Shown here one piece after another: positions 19,623 to 29,760 of a stretch of 64,000 bases of DNA. The notes under the pieces were generated by a model that worked only from the letters and a program-made list of their open reading frames with translations, was not told the origin of the DNA and searched no databases. Numbering within the stretch: the first letter of the stretch is position 1; each line of letters starts with the position of its first letter. A program made the translations under genes and the position numbers. Source of the stretch: a virus; the IMG/VR virus record IMGVR_UViG_3300017727_000002. One strand, 5' to 3'.

Positions 19623-21212
19623 ATGGCTACAACTTATTATAATGCAAATCAAAATTTAAAAGCTGTAGGAGTTCCTGTAGAATTTACAGAGGAACAGGTA
19701 AAAGAGTACATAAAGTGTAAACGCAACGCAGTGTACTTTATCGAGAACTACTGCAAGATTGTATCTCTAGATGAAGGAGTTGTTGATTTTAAACTATACC
19801 CTTGCCAAAGAAAAAAAGTAAAACACATTATGAAGAATCGTCAGACGATTCTAATGGAAGGAAGGCAACAAGGTAAAACTGTCACAAGTGCTGCATGTAT
19901 ATTACATTTTACATTATTTAATGATAATAAAACTGCTGCCATTATGGCAAACAAAGCTACTGCTGCCAGAGAAGTTTTATCTAGATACCAATTAATGTAT
20001 GAGTATCTACCAAACTGGATGCAACAAGGTGTAGCTGTATGGAACAAAGGGGATATAGAATTAGAAAATGGTTCCAAAATATTTACTGCTGCGACATCTA
20101 GTTCGGCGATTCGTGGTAAATCTGTAAACTGGTTGTATATTGATGAAGCTGCAATTATACCGAACAATGTAGCTGAAGAATTTTTTACTTCTGTATATCC
20201 TACTATTTCAGCTGGTAAAGAAACAAAGGTATTACTTTCCTCTACACCTCTAGGATATAATCATTTTTGGAGATACTGGGAAGCTGCAAAAGAAGGCAGG
20301 AATGATTTTAAACCACTCTTTATACCTTATACTGATATTCCAGGAAGAACAAAAACTTGGGCAGAAAAACAAAGAGCATTACTTGGCGAATTAAAATTTA
20401 ATCAAGAAGTATTATGTGAGTTCTTAGGATCTAGTGCTACTCTTATAAGTGCTACTGCTATCGGCGAAATGAAACCAAAACCATTTGTATTACAAAGAGA
20501 TGGTTTAGATATACAAGAAGAGCCGATTCCTGGACATACATATACTTTAATAGCAGATACTGCTAAAGGTGTGGGTGGAGATTATAGTGCTTTCGTGGTG
20601 ATAGATACTACCGAAACACCATATAAGGTTGTAGCAAAATATAGGAATAATTCTATTAGTCCTTTACTGTATCCAAATATAATACATAAAGTTGGTACAG
20701 AATATTATAATGCTCAAGTATTAGTAGAAATAAATTCTAGTGAACAAGTACCTTATATATTACACAACGAATTAGAGTACGAGAATATGATTATGGTATC
20801 TCGTACAAATATGGGTCAAAAAATTACTGGTGGCTTCGGCTCAGGTAAATCACAATATGGTGTACAGACCGATAGAAAAATAAAAAGAATTGGTTGCCAA
20901 AACTTTAAAACATTAATAGAGCAAGGCAAACTTAAATTATGGGATGGTGATATTATTGGCGAAATTAGTACCTTTATAGAAAACAAAGGAACATATGCTG
21001 CCGATGAAGGATACCATGATGACTTGGTTATGTGCCTAGTGTTATTTGGTTGGCTTACCTCTGACCAGTATTTTACTGAATATAATGATGTAAATTTACG
21101 AGAAGAGATGTATAAAAACCAAATGAAACAGATCGAAGAGGAACTTACACCTTTTGGTTTTATTAATGATGGGCAGAAATATGACGATGATGAAGAACTT
21201 TTAAACTTCTAA
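19623..21212 (+). CDS. 17: Terminase large subunit gp17
   Basis: EGRQQGKT Walker A, YIDEAA Walker B, SSTPLG coupling motif, ADTAKGVGGDYSAF nuclease, HDDLVM. Confidence 0.97.
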   Translation: MATTYYNANQNLKAVGVPVEFTEEQVKEYIKCKRNAVYFIENYCKIVSLDEGVVDFKLYPCQRKKVKHIMKNRQTILMEGRQQGKTVTSAACILHFTLFNDNKTAAIMANKATAAREVLSRYQLMYEYLPNWMQQGVAVWNKGDIELENGSKIFTAATSSSAIRGKSVNWLYIDEAAIIPNNVAEEFFTSVYPTISAGKETKVLLSSTPLGYNHFWRYWEAAKEGRNDFKPLFIPYTDIPGRTKTWAEKQRALLGELKFNQEVLCEFLGSSATLISATAIGEMKPKPFVLQRDGLDIQEEPIPGHTYTLIADTAKGVGGDYSAFVVIDTTETPYKVVAKYRNNSISPLLYPNIIHKVGTEYYNAQVLVEINSSEQVPYILHNELEYENMIMVSRTNMGQKITGGFGSGKSQYGVQTDRKIKRIGCQNFKTLIEQGKLKLWDGDIIGEISTFIENKGTYAADEGYHDDLVMCLVLFGWLTSDQYFTEYNDVNLREEMYKNQMKQIEEELTPFGFINDGQKYDDDEELLNF

Positions 21213-21225
21213 ATATCGTAAAAAA

Positions 21226-21232
21226 CTAAATA
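21226..21232 (+). promoter_or_regulatory. Late promoter (CTAAATA) for gp18; second copy at 21209-21215
   Basis: Two CTAAATA copies upstream of the sheath gene. Confidence 0.6.
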
Positions 21233-21294
21233 AAAGCATGAGAGTTAAATAAGCTCTCACTGAATTTAATAATTCATTTAATAAGGAGAAACAA

Positions 21295-22971
21295 ATGGCT
21301 TTTCAACTCAGTCCTGGAGTAGTTGTCAAAGAACAAGATTTCACTTCAATTGTACCTAATGTGGCGACATCGTCTGGTGCTTTTGCTGGGAATTTTCAAT
21401 GGGGTCCAATCGAAGACCCTGTTCAAATTGTTTCGGAAAATAACTTAGTAGAGAGATTCGGTCCACCGACTGACGCAACATTTACCAGTTTTTTCACGGC
21501 AGCAAACTTCCTATCATATTCAAATAATCTTTTAACAGTACGAGCTGACACAACTGCTGCAAGAAACGCAGTCGCAACTGGTACTGCTGTAAAGATTAAA
21601 AACTTAAATGACTACACTTCTAACAATGTTGGTGGGTCAAATAATGTCGGTACTGTTGCTGCTAAGTGGGCAGGTACTAGAGGAAACTCACTCAAAGTAG
21701 AAATTGCTGACTCAGCAACTTTTGCTGCTTGGGGTAACAAAGGAAATTTCGACAGAATCCCTGGAACTTCAGCATCTGTTGCCACTGCTGGTGGTTCTGA
21801 TGACGAACTTCATGTATTAGTAATTGACGAAGATGGTTTATTTACTGGTACAGCTGGAGCAATTTTAGAAACATTTGCTCATGTATCTGCTGCAAGCGAT
21901 GCTAAAAAGTTTGACGGATCTAATAATTTTTATAAAGATGTAATTAACTCACAGTCAAGATTTATCTGGTGGATGGATCATCCAACTGTCACAGGTACTG
22001 CATGGGGTGCTGCTTCAAGTGGTACTACTTTTGGTGACCTTGGTGCAGTTTACTCAGTAAGTCTAACTGGTGGTATAGATACTGCCCCAACTGCTGGTAA
22101 CATTCAAACTGGTCTAGCAATATTTGCTAATGACGAGTTGTATGACATTTCATTAGTTATGGTTGGTAAAGCAGATGCTGCTACATCAACTTTCGCAATT
22201 AATAATATTGCTGAAGTAAGAAAAGACTGTATGGTATTCTGTTCTGCTGAAGATGCTTCAGGGAACACTATCCTAGCAACTGATGCTGACCCAGTGGGCG
22301 ACATTACTACTTACAGAAACTCATTACCAAGTTCATATTATGGTGTACTTGATACTGGTTCTAAATACCAGTATGACAGATATAATGATAAATACAGATA
22401 TGTACCACTAAATGGTGACATAGCAGGTCTCGCTGCCAGAACTGACTATGACCAAGACGCATGGTTCTCACCTGCTGGTGCTACTAGAGGTCAAGTTAAG
22501 AATGTTGTTAAACTAGCATTCTCACCAAACAAAACTCAAAGGGATACTTTATATCAAAGTAATGTAAACCCTGTTGTGACATTCCCAGGAAATGGTACAC
22601 AACTATTTGGTGACAAAACTTTACTAGGATCTGAATCTGCGTTCAACAGAATAAATGTTCGTAGATTGTTTATCGTATTAGAAAAAGCGATTGCGATTGC
22701 TGCTAAAGCACAACTATTTGAATTCAACGATGAGTTCACTAGAAATGACTTTAAAAATGCAGTTAATCCTTTCCTAAGAGATGTACAAGGAAGACGAGGA
22801 ATTACTGACTTTACAGTAGTCTGTGACGGAACTAATAACACAGGCGATGTAATAGATAGAAATGAATTCCGTGCAGATATCTTCATTAAACCAAACAGAG
22901 CAATTAATTTCATTACTCTTACATTTGTAGCAAGTAAATCAAGTGTAGACTTTAGTGAAATTGGTGGCTAA
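21295..22971 (+). CDS. 18: Tail sheath protein gp18
   Basis: MAFQLSPGVVVKEQD, FQWGPI, FNRINVRRLFIVLEKAI, IKPNRAINFITLTF. Confidence 0.97.
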   Translation: MAFQLSPGVVVKEQDFTSIVPNVATSSGAFAGNFQWGPIEDPVQIVSENNLVERFGPPTDATFTSFFTAANFLSYSNNLLTVRADTTAARNAVATGTAVKIKNLNDYTSNNVGGSNNVGTVAAKWAGTRGNSLKVEIADSATFAAWGNKGNFDRIPGTSASVATAGGSDDELHVLVIDEDGLFTGTAGAILETFAHVSAASDAKKFDGSNNFYKDVINSQSRFIWWMDHPTVTGTAWGAASSGTTFGDLGAVYSVSLTGGIDTAPTAGNIQTGLAIFANDELYDISLVMVGKADAATSTFAINNIAEVRKDCMVFCSAEDASGNTILATDADPVGDITTYRNSLPSSYYGVLDTGSKYQYDRYNDKYRYVPLNGDIAGLAARTDYDQDAWFSPAGATRGQVKNVVKLAFSPNKTQRDTLYQSNVNPVVTFPGNGTQLFGDKTLLGSESAFNRINVRRLFIVLEKAIAIAAKAQLFEFNDEFTRNDFKNAVNPFLRDVQGRRGITDFTVVCDGTNNTGDVIDRNEFRADIFIKPNRAINFITLTFVASKSSVDFSEIGG

Positions 22972-22974
22972 ATA
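22968..22974 (+). promoter_or_regulatory. Late promoter (CTAAATA) for gp19
   Basis: Overlaps the gp18 stop codon. Confidence 0.55.
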
Positions 22975-22995
22975 GAATAAAAGGAGAAAAAACAA

Positions 22996-23589
22996 ATGGC
23001 TAATATTGCTGATTTTAAAGCTAACATGACTGGTGGCGGAGCTCGTCCTAATCAGTTTCGTGTAGATTTGGCTTTCCCTTCTTATGTCACTGGTGGAAGA
23101 GTTGCTGCTGTACAAGGACAGTTTCTTTGCAAAGCTGCACAATTACCAGCTAGTACATTAGAAAACTTGCCAATCCAATATAGAGGTCGTGCTGTAAACT
23201 TTGCTGCTGAGCGTACTTTCGCTCCTTGGACAGTCACAGTTTATAACGACACTGACTTCGGTATTAGAAACGCAATCGAAAGATGGCAAAATGGTATTCA
23301 GGAATATGCGACTACAGAAGGTCGTACTAATCCGAATGATTACCAAGCTGACTTACTTGTAACACAACTAGATAGAAATGGTGCTGGAGTAAAACAATAT
23401 AAATTTGTTGATGCTTACCCACTGTCTATCGGTATTGTTCAGTTGGATTATGACACTACAAATGCTATTGAAACATTTGATGTTGAATTCCAATACAACT
23501 TCTTTACAAGTAATACAAGCGAAAGTGGTGGATTAGGAGTTAATATATCAATCGATACTCCGATTGGTTCATTCCCAATCAACATTTAA
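22996..23589 (+). CDS. 19: Tail tube protein gp19
   Basis: GGGARPNQFRV, RTFAPWTVTVYND, ETFDVEFQY motifs. Confidence 0.96.
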   Translation: MANIADFKANMTGGGARPNQFRVDLAFPSYVTGGRVAAVQGQFLCKAAQLPASTLENLPIQYRGRAVNFAAERTFAPWTVTVYNDTDFGIRNAIERWQNGIQEYATTEGRTNPNDYQADLLVTQLDRNGAGVKQYKFVDAYPLSIGIVQLDYDTTNAIETFDVEFQYNFFTSNTSESGGLGVNISIDTPIGSFPINI

Positions 23590-23612
23590 TTATTAATAAA
23601 GGTGAATAAATT

Positions 23613-25160
23613 ATGGCTGAATTTTTCGGTTTCGAGATTACACGAAAGAGGAATAGAGAACCACTAAGTCCTGTCGCTCCATCAAAAGATGATGGCTCGA
23701 CAGTCCTTACAGATGTAAGTGCTTACTATGGGGTCACCCTCGATTTAGATAACTCGATAAAAAGTGAAAACGCTTTAATCAAAAGATATCGTGAAGTTGC
23801 TCAATATCCAGATTGTGATGGTGCGATAGAAGATATAACTAATGAAGCAATCACAATTGAGACTGACGCACCCAGTGTCAGTTTAAGTCTTGACGACTTA
23901 CCTGTATCCGATAATATTAAAGATAAAATGCATGAGGAGTTCGAGGAGATCTACGATCTGCTTCAGTTCGACCATAAAGGGCATGATATTTTTAAGACTT
24001 GGTATGTAGATGGAAGATTATACTACCATTTAATTGTAGATCCTAAAAATCCAAAGTTGGGTATTCAGGAACTAAGGTATGTAGATCCACAAAAGATTCG
24101 TAAGATTAAAAATATTAAGAAAAAGAAGAATCAACAAGGGATCGAGGTAGTAGAAAGTCAAGAAGAATACTTTATATACAACGATAAAGGTATTACTGAC
24201 TCAAATACTAAAGGAATTAAACTGAGTAAAGACTCAGTTGTATTTTGTCCATCTGGTAATGTTGACCAAAATACTGGCATAGTATTGGGTCATTTACAAA
24301 AAGCTGTTAAACCAGTAAACCAGTTGAAGATGATTGAGGACGCTGTAGTCATTTATAGACTAAGTCGTGCTCCTGAAAGAAGAATATTTTATGTTGATGT
24401 AGGAAACCTGCCTAAGATAAAAGCAGAACAATATGTCAACGATATCATGAATAAGTATCGAAACAAAGTAGTTTACGATGCGAATACAGGTGAAGTAAGA
24501 GACGATAGAAAACACCTAAGCATGATGGAAGATTTTTGGATGCCTAGAAGAGAGGGTGGTCGTGGTACAGAAATTACTACACTTCCTGGAGGGCAAAACC
24601 TTGGAGATATAGCAGACATACAATATTTCCAAAGGAAACTTTACCAGTCACTTAATGTGCCTATGTCAAGATTACAAGGTGAGACTGGATTTACTTTAGG
24701 TCGTGCTTCTGAAATTACTAGAGACGAATTAAAGTTTAACAAATTTGTTCAGAGAGTTCAAAGAAAATTTAGTCAGGTACTGATTGATATTCTTAGAGTT
24801 CAGTTAATTGCTAAGGGAGTAATGACTGAAGAAGATTTTGAAGAAAGCAGACATCATATAAGAATCGATTTTCTACAAGATAATCACTTTACTGAATTAA
24901 AGAATAACGAGTTGCTACAACAACGAGTTGGTATGCTAGGGCAGATTGAACCATACCTTGGCAAGTTCTACTCATTAGAGTGGGCAAGAAGAAATATTTT
25001 AATGCAATCTGAAGAAGAGATGAAAGATATCGACGACCAGATTGAAGCAGAAAAAGCTGAACAGGAACAGGATACTGACCAAGGTGGGGAAGTCCCTGAT
25101 ATGGATAGTATGCAGTCTGAACCAGCTGATGATAATGAAGGAGAAGAAGATGGGAACTAA
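23613..25160 (+). CDS. 20: Portal protein gp20
   Basis: WYVDGRLYYH, IYRLSRAPERRIFYVDVGNLPK, EDFWMPRREGGRGTEITTLPGG. Confidence 0.98.
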   Translation: MAEFFGFEITRKRNREPLSPVAPSKDDGSTVLTDVSAYYGVTLDLDNSIKSENALIKRYREVAQYPDCDGAIEDITNEAITIETDAPSVSLSLDDLPVSDNIKDKMHEEFEEIYDLLQFDHKGHDIFKTWYVDGRLYYHLIVDPKNPKLGIQELRYVDPQKIRKIKNIKKKKNQQGIEVVESQEEYFIYNDKGITDSNTKGIKLSKDSVVFCPSGNVDQNTGIVLGHLQKAVKPVNQLKMIEDAVVIYRLSRAPERRIFYVDVGNLPKIKAEQYVNDIMNKYRNKVVYDANTGEVRDDRKHLSMMEDFWMPRREGGRGTEITTLPGGQNLGDIADIQYFQRKLYQSLNVPMSRLQGETGFTLGRASEITRDELKFNKFVQRVQRKFSQVLIDILRVQLIAKGVMTEEDFEESRHHIRIDFLQDNHFTELKNNELLQQRVGMLGQIEPYLGKFYSLEWARRNILMQSEEEMKDIDDQIEAEKAEQEQDTDQGGEVPDMDSMQSEPADDNEGEEDGN

Positions 25161-25389
25161 AGAATTAATAGATGCTATTCAGTCAGGTGATGCTGAAGGA
25201 ATAGAAAGTACTTTCCAAGGTGTAATGTCTGCGAAAGTTGGAGATAAATTAGACACGATGAAGAAAGAAATGGCTTCAACTATGTTTAAAACTCCAGAAG
25301 AACAGGATGAGATTGCTGGTGAACCAGAACAACCTGAAGTACCAGCTGAACCAGTAGAGGAACCAGCTGAGAATGTCGAAGAAGTTTAA
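25150..25389 (+). CDS. 67: Prohead core protein, gp67-like (start corrected to ATG 25150)
   Basis: Position after gp20; acidic tail; MGTKELIDAIQSGD start overlaps the end of gp20. Confidence 0.55.
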   Translation: MGTKELIDAIQSGDAEGIESTFQGVMSAKVGDKLDTMKKEMASTMFKTPEEQDEIAGEPEQPEVPAEPVEEPAENVEEV

Positions 25390-25780
25390 AGATATCTATA
25401 CTCATACGATTACTTCGACTGAGGAGCGAGAACAACAGCTAGTAGATAGTATTGATGTTCTTCTACCTGAAGAAAGAGTTGCTGAATATATAGCGAAACA
25501 CTCAGATGATATTATTACTGATGAGTTGGTTGAGTCATATATTCAAAAAGCATCGTCAACTGACTTTAATGTTGACCCAATCATAACTGAGATTAAGGTT
25601 GGACAAGCAAAAGAATTAAGAAATAAACTAGATTATGTATTAAAAGATGGTACGAAGATCGCAATTAGCGAGGAAAACCAAATTTTACTAAATAGTTTAC
25701 TGAAAGACAAGGATGAGATTGTTTCTCATATGTCGGAGAATAAAAACAACTTTATCGAAGTTTTAAAAGGAGTGTACTAA
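25373..25780 (+). CDS. 68: Prohead core protein, gp68-like
   Basis: Synteny; LKDGTKIAISE...LNSLL...SENKNNFIEVL pattern. Confidence 0.5.
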   Translation: MSKKFKDIYTHTITSTEEREQQLVDSIDVLLPEERVAEYIAKHSDDIITDELVESYIQKASSTDFNVDPIITEIKVGQAKELRNKLDYVLKDGTKIAISEENQILLNSLLKDKDEIVSHMSENKNNFIEVLKGVY

Positions 25781-26191
25781 ATGGCAATAACGAAAACAGT
25801 TCTGGCAAAAGATAATCGTAAAGCTATCGTCAGAGTCACTGCGACTGGTACTAATGAGAATGTCACTATTGATATCGACGCAGACTTAAAATTAACAAAC
25901 GAAACGATTACTACTTCTGCTCTTAAAGTTGCCATACAGAAAATCGAGTACAGCTGTGAAGCTGCAAAAGATATTACTGTTGTAAGAAACTCTGTCCTCG
26001 TGGCTACTGTTCATCCAGGAGCACCGAAAATTGAAACATCGATACAGGATGAAGGCAACCAAGATATTGTTGTCACATTTGGTGGCAAAGGTATGATACT
26101 TCTTCATCTTTCTAAAATGGGTGGATTTAATGACCCAGTAGAAACTCCTGAGTTTGGAGCTTACGATGACCAAGATGCGGTAGGAAGCTAA
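25781..26191 (+). CDS. Hypothetical protein between gp68 and gp21
   Basis: Clean ORF coupled to both neighbours. Confidence 0.6.
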   Translation: MAITKTVLAKDNRKAIVRVTATGTNENVTIDIDADLKLTNETITTSALKVAIQKIEYSCEAAKDITVVRNSVLVATVHPGAPKIETSIQDEGNQDIVVTFGGKGMILLHLSKMGGFNDPVETPEFGAYDDQDAVGS

Positions 26192-26192
26192 T

Positions 26193-26849
26193 ATGAAATT
26201 AATTAAAGAACATACAGAAGTTGTAAACTACCTTATCGAAGAAGATAAAGAAACTGGTAAGAAGAATTACAACATTGAGGGAGTATTCCTCCAAGCTGAT
26301 ATTAAAAACAGGAATGGAAGATTATACCCTACAGAGATTCTTGACAAAGAAGTTAAAAGATATGTTAAAGAAAATGTCAAGAAAAATCGTGCGTATGGTG
26401 AGTTAGGACACCCTGATTCTCCAACTATCAATTTAGATAGAGTATCGCACATGATTAAGGATTTGAAGCTAGAAGATAAAAACTTTATCGGAAAAGCTAA
26501 GATAATGGATACACCTTATGGTAAGATTGTTAAATCGTTGATTGACGAAGGAGCAAGTCTAGGTGTATCTTCTAGAGGGATGGGTTCATTGAAAACTACC
26601 AAAGACGGAACTTCAGAAGTCCAAAAGGATTTTATGCTTGCCACTGCTGCTGATATAGTTGCAGATCCGTCGGCACCAGATGCATTTGTACGAGGTGTTA
26701 TGGAGGGCAAGGAATGGATGTTCGTTGATGGGAAGTTTGTCGAGCAAGATATTGATGCTATAAAGAGTTCAATAACTAAGGCAACAAGATCTCAACTCGA
26801 AGAAGCAAAACTTTTCGCATTTGCGAAGTTTTTAAAGAAAATACAATAA
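26193..26849 (+). CDS. 21: Prohead protease gp21
   Basis: IEGVFLQADIKNRNGRLYP, GELGHP, LGVSSRGMGSL, DIVADPSAPDAFV. Confidence 0.97.
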   Translation: MKLIKEHTEVVNYLIEEDKETGKKNYNIEGVFLQADIKNRNGRLYPTEILDKEVKRYVKENVKKNRAYGELGHPDSPTINLDRVSHMIKDLKLEDKNFIGKAKIMDTPYGKIVKSLIDEGASLGVSSRGMGSLKTTKDGTSEVQKDFMLATAADIVADPSAPDAFVRGVMEGKEWMFVDGKFVEQDIDAIKSSITKATRSQLEEAKLFAFAKFLKKIQ

Positions 26850-26871
26850 CCCATACTTTAAGGAGACAAAC

Positions 26872-28041
26872 ATGTCAAGTATAGAACAAAAAATCGCAGA
26901 ACTCCTTGGTGAGAGTAAGAAAGCTGAAGAGCAAATCGATACTCTTGAGGAGTCTGAAGGCTGGAAAAAATCTAGCGATGAAGCTGAAGCTGAAGCACCT
27001 GCTGAAGAAGTAGTGGCTGAAGAAGAAGCACCAGCTGAGGAAGAGGTAGAAGAAATCGAAGAGGGTGAATTACCACCTGCTTTGAAGAAAGCTATCGAAA
27101 AGAAAAAGAAAAAAGATGGCGACGACGATGACGACGACGACGACGATGATGACGATGATGAAAAGTCTAAAGATAAAGAAAAAGACGAATCATATATGAC
27201 ATCTTCTAAAAAGAAAGAGAAGATGAAAGATATGAAAAAAGAAGAATCTGAGTCTGACGAAGAAGTTGTAGCAGAAGAAGCTGAAGAAGATGAAATCGCA
27301 GTAGATGTTTCAGAAGATGTTGAAGCATTATTAAATGGCGAAGAACTTTCTGAAGAGTTCAAAGAAAAAGCTACTACTATATTCGAAACTGTAGTTGTAT
27401 CTCGTGTTAAAAGCGAAGTCGCTAAGTTTAAAAAAGAATTATCTGAGTCTAATGCTGTTGCAATAGACGAAGCTAAAGAGAGTCTAGTTGAAAAAGTTGA
27501 TGGATATCTCAGCTATGTAGTTGAGCAGTGGATAAGTGAAAATGAAATCGCTCTCGAATCTGGTATGAAGTCGGAGATTTTAGATGGCTTCATTAATGGT
27601 ATGAAAAATCTGTTCGCTGAACATTATGTTGATGTTCCTGAAGACAGATTTGACTTACTTGGAGACGCTCAAGAAAAGGTCGAAGAATTAGAGAAGAAGC
27701 TCAATGAGCAACTTGAAGCTAATGTCGAACTTAACAAGAGTGTAAAAGCTATGGAGAAGGACGAAGTCCTTTCTAAAGCATCCGATGGTATGGCTGAAAC
27801 TGATAAAGAAAAATTTGCTGGATTAACTGAGGATCTCAGTTTTGAAGACAAAGAATCTTTTGAGAAAAAAGTCAGCACTATCAGAGAATCTTACTTTGCT
27901 TCTAAACCAAGCAAAACAAATGTAGAAACTGTTGTTACTGATGAGCCAGTACAGTTAGAAGAAGAAACTAAGAAGTCTATTTCAGACCCTAAAATTTCTG
28001 CTTATGCTGACATGCTTGACAGAAGCAACAAAAATAATTAA
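26872..28041 (+). CDS. 22: Prohead scaffold protein gp22
   Basis: Acidic coiled coil; LSEEFKEKATTIFETVV and VEKVDGYLSYVVEQW motifs. Confidence 0.95.
   Translation: MSSIEQKIAELLGESKKAEEQIDTLEESEGWKKSSDEAEAEAPAEEVVAEEEAPAEEEVEEIEEGELPPALKKAIEKKKKKDGDDDDDDDDDDDDDEKSKDKEKDESYMTSSKKKEKMKDMKKEESESDEEVVAEEAEEDEIAVDVSEDVEALLNGEELSEEFKEKATTIFETVVVSRVKSEVAKFKKELSESNAVAIDEAKESLVEKVDGYLSYVVEQWISENEIALESGMKSEILDGFINGMKNLFAEHYVDVPEDRFDLLGDAQEKVEELEKKLNEQLEANVELNKSVKAMEKDEVLSKASDGMAETDKEKFAGLTEDLSFEDKESFEKKVSTIRESYFASKPSKTNVETVVTDEPVQLEEETKKSISDPKISAYADMLDRSNKNN
27121..27159 (+). repeat. (GAC/GAT)13 poly-Asp tract inside gp22
   Basis: 13 consecutive Asp codons, flanked by Lys-rich runs. Confidence 0.9.
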
Positions 28042-28067
28042 TCTATCAACTTTAAGGAGATATAAAA

Positions 28068-29333
28068 ATGGATAGAAAATCATTAATGGAAAAATGGTCA
28101 CCTATTCTGGAACACGAAGGTGTTGCTCCCATCAAAGAGAATTACAGAAAAGAAGTCACTGCTGTCCTTCTAGAGAACCAAGAAAAGGCGATCAAAGAAG
28201 AAAAGCAAGCGATGTTCGAAGCTGTTCATGTCAATGATGCTGCAGCTCTTCCTGACACAGGTGGTGTGGCTAAATTTGATCCAGTACTAATTTCTTTAGT
28301 ACGAAGATCTGCTCCGCAAATGATCGCTTACGATATTTGTGGTGTACAACCTATGACTCAGCCTACTGGTCTTATCTTTGCTATGAAAGCAAGATACAGC
28401 ACTCAAGGTGGTACTGAGGCATTATTTAACGAAGCTGACTCAGACTTTTCTGGTGCAGGTACTCACGCAGGATCTAATCCTGTTGATGGCACTTACACTA
28501 CTGGTACTGGTATGACTACTGGTGCTGCTGAGGTACTTGGTGACGGAAGCACATTCCAAGAAATGGCTTTCTCAATCGAGAAAACTTCAGTGACTGCTAA
28601 GTCTAGAGCACTGAAAGCTGAGTACACTATCGAACTAGCACAAGACTTGAAATCAGTTCATGGTCTTGACGCTGAGGGCGAACTTTCTAATATCCTCTCT
28701 ACTGAAATTCTTTCAGAAATTAACAGAGAAGTTATCAGAACTGTGTACAAAACTGCTAAGCCAGGAGCTCAAACTGGAACAGCTACTGCGGGAACTTTCG
28801 ACCTAGATGTTGATGCATCTGGTAGATGGTCTGTTGAAAAATTCAAAGGTTTACTCTTCCAAATCGAAAGAGAAGCTAATGCGGTTGCTCAGCAAACTCG
28901 TAGAGGTAAAGCTAACTTCATCATCTGTTCTTCAGATGTTGCTAGTGCTTTAGCAATGGCTGGTGTATTAGATTACGCTCCAGCTCTATCAACTAACCTA
29001 AATGTAGATGAAGCTTCTACAACTTTTGCTGGTGTTCTTAATGGACGCTACAAAGTGTATGTAGATCCTTATTCAGCAAATGGTGCTGCTAGTCAGTACT
29101 TTGTAGTTGGATATAAAGGTACAAGTGCATTTGACGCAGGATTATTTTACTGCCCATATGTACCTCTACAATTAGTTAGAGCAGTAGATCCTTCAACTTT
29201 CCAACCAAAAATTGGTTTCAAAACAAGATATGGCTTCACAGCTAATCCGTTTATCCAATTGGATGGTTCTGGCGATCTAGTAGCTGACGAAAACTACTAC
29301 TACAGAAGAGTTAAAGTTACAAACCTAATGTAA
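28068..29333 (+). CDS. 23: Major capsid protein gp23
   Basis: GVQPMTQPTGLIFAM, KSRALKAEYTIELAQDLKSVHGLDAE, FQPKIGFKTRYG. Confidence 0.99.
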   Translation: MDRKSLMEKWSPILEHEGVAPIKENYRKEVTAVLLENQEKAIKEEKQAMFEAVHVNDAAALPDTGGVAKFDPVLISLVRRSAPQMIAYDICGVQPMTQPTGLIFAMKARYSTQGGTEALFNEADSDFSGAGTHAGSNPVDGTYTTGTGMTTGAAEVLGDGSTFQEMAFSIEKTSVTAKSRALKAEYTIELAQDLKSVHGLDAEGELSNILSTEILSEINREVIRTVYKTAKPGAQTGTATAGTFDLDVDASGRWSVEKFKGLLFQIEREANAVAQQTRRGKANFIICSSDVASALAMAGVLDYAPALSTNLNVDEASTTFAGVLNGRYKVYVDPYSANGAASQYFVVGYKGTSAFDAGLFYCPYVPLQLVRAVDPSTFQPKIGFKTRYGFTANPFIQLDGSGDLVADENYYYRRVKVTNLM

Positions 29334-29363
29334 TCTTAACCTTTTAAGGTACAATCCTGAAAA

Positions 29364-29389
29364 GGGGAGCTTCGGCTCCCCTTTTTTTT
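29364..29389 (+). terminator. Rho-independent terminator after gp23
   Basis: GGGGAGC-TTCG-GCTCCCC followed by T8. Confidence 0.92.
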
Positions 29390-29391
29390 GA

Positions 29392-29398
29392 CTAAATA
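29392..29398 (+). promoter_or_regulatory. Late promoter (CTAAATA) driving the riboswitch unit
   Basis: Directly after the terminator; the expected start of transcription (~29404) coincides with the 5' end of the aptamer. Confidence 0.65.
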
Positions 29399-29403
29399 AT
29401 TAT

Positions 29404-29524
29404 ATCGTTCATTCACTCTAAATGTAGCAGTGGACGGAAGTAAGTAGAATAGGAAAACCTCTCACGCAAGTGAGGTAAGCTAGTACCGAAAGGGAACGAG
29501 ACCGACAATCTACCGAAGGAACGC
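29404..29524 (+). ncRNA. Glutamine riboswitch aptamer (glnA / RF01739-like) with expanded P3
   Basis: P1 CGTTC (29406-10) / GAACG (29519-23); P2 hairpin 29414-29432; conserved GACGGAAGTA (29433-42) and CGAAGGAACGC (29514-24), which form the E-loop; P3 GTAGA/TCTAC. Confidence 0.8.
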
Positions 29525-29587
29525 AATAGGTGAATAGAATTGCGCAGTTTTATTCAAAGATCAACCTATTACAATCTGGAGGAAACG

Positions 29588-29752
29588 ATGACTACTTTCT
29601 ACAGAGGTATCAAAGTCACTGATGAAAATGTCGCCAAGGATAATAAATTGTCCAAAAAAGGTGGTATTTACAGAGGGATTAAACATGGTGCCATATCTAA
29701 AGAGAGTGTAAAAGTCGCTACTGGTTTACAGTATCGTGGCATAGCACACTAA
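29588..29752 (+). CDS. YRG-repeat peptide, DUF4278 / IF17-like (54 aa; start corrected to ATG 29588)
   Basis: SD GGAGG at 29578; three YRGI repeats; basic; sits downstream of a glutamine riboswitch, as DUF4278 genes do. Confidence 0.7.
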   Translation: MTTFYRGIKVTDENVAKDNKLSKKGGIYRGIKHGAISKESVKVATGLQYRGIAH

Positions 29753-29760
29753 CTTTAATT

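Noticed and set aside
27121-27159. GAC/GAT tandem repeat as a possible CRISPR or VNTR array
   Set aside because: It is an in-frame poly-Asp tract with no spacer structure; no CRISPR array was seen anywhere in the window.
25042-29587. Track starts at 25042 and 29540
   Set aside because: They overlap gp20 and the riboswitch expression platform respectively; downstream ATGs (25150, 29588) fit better, and 29588 has a clear GGAGG SD.
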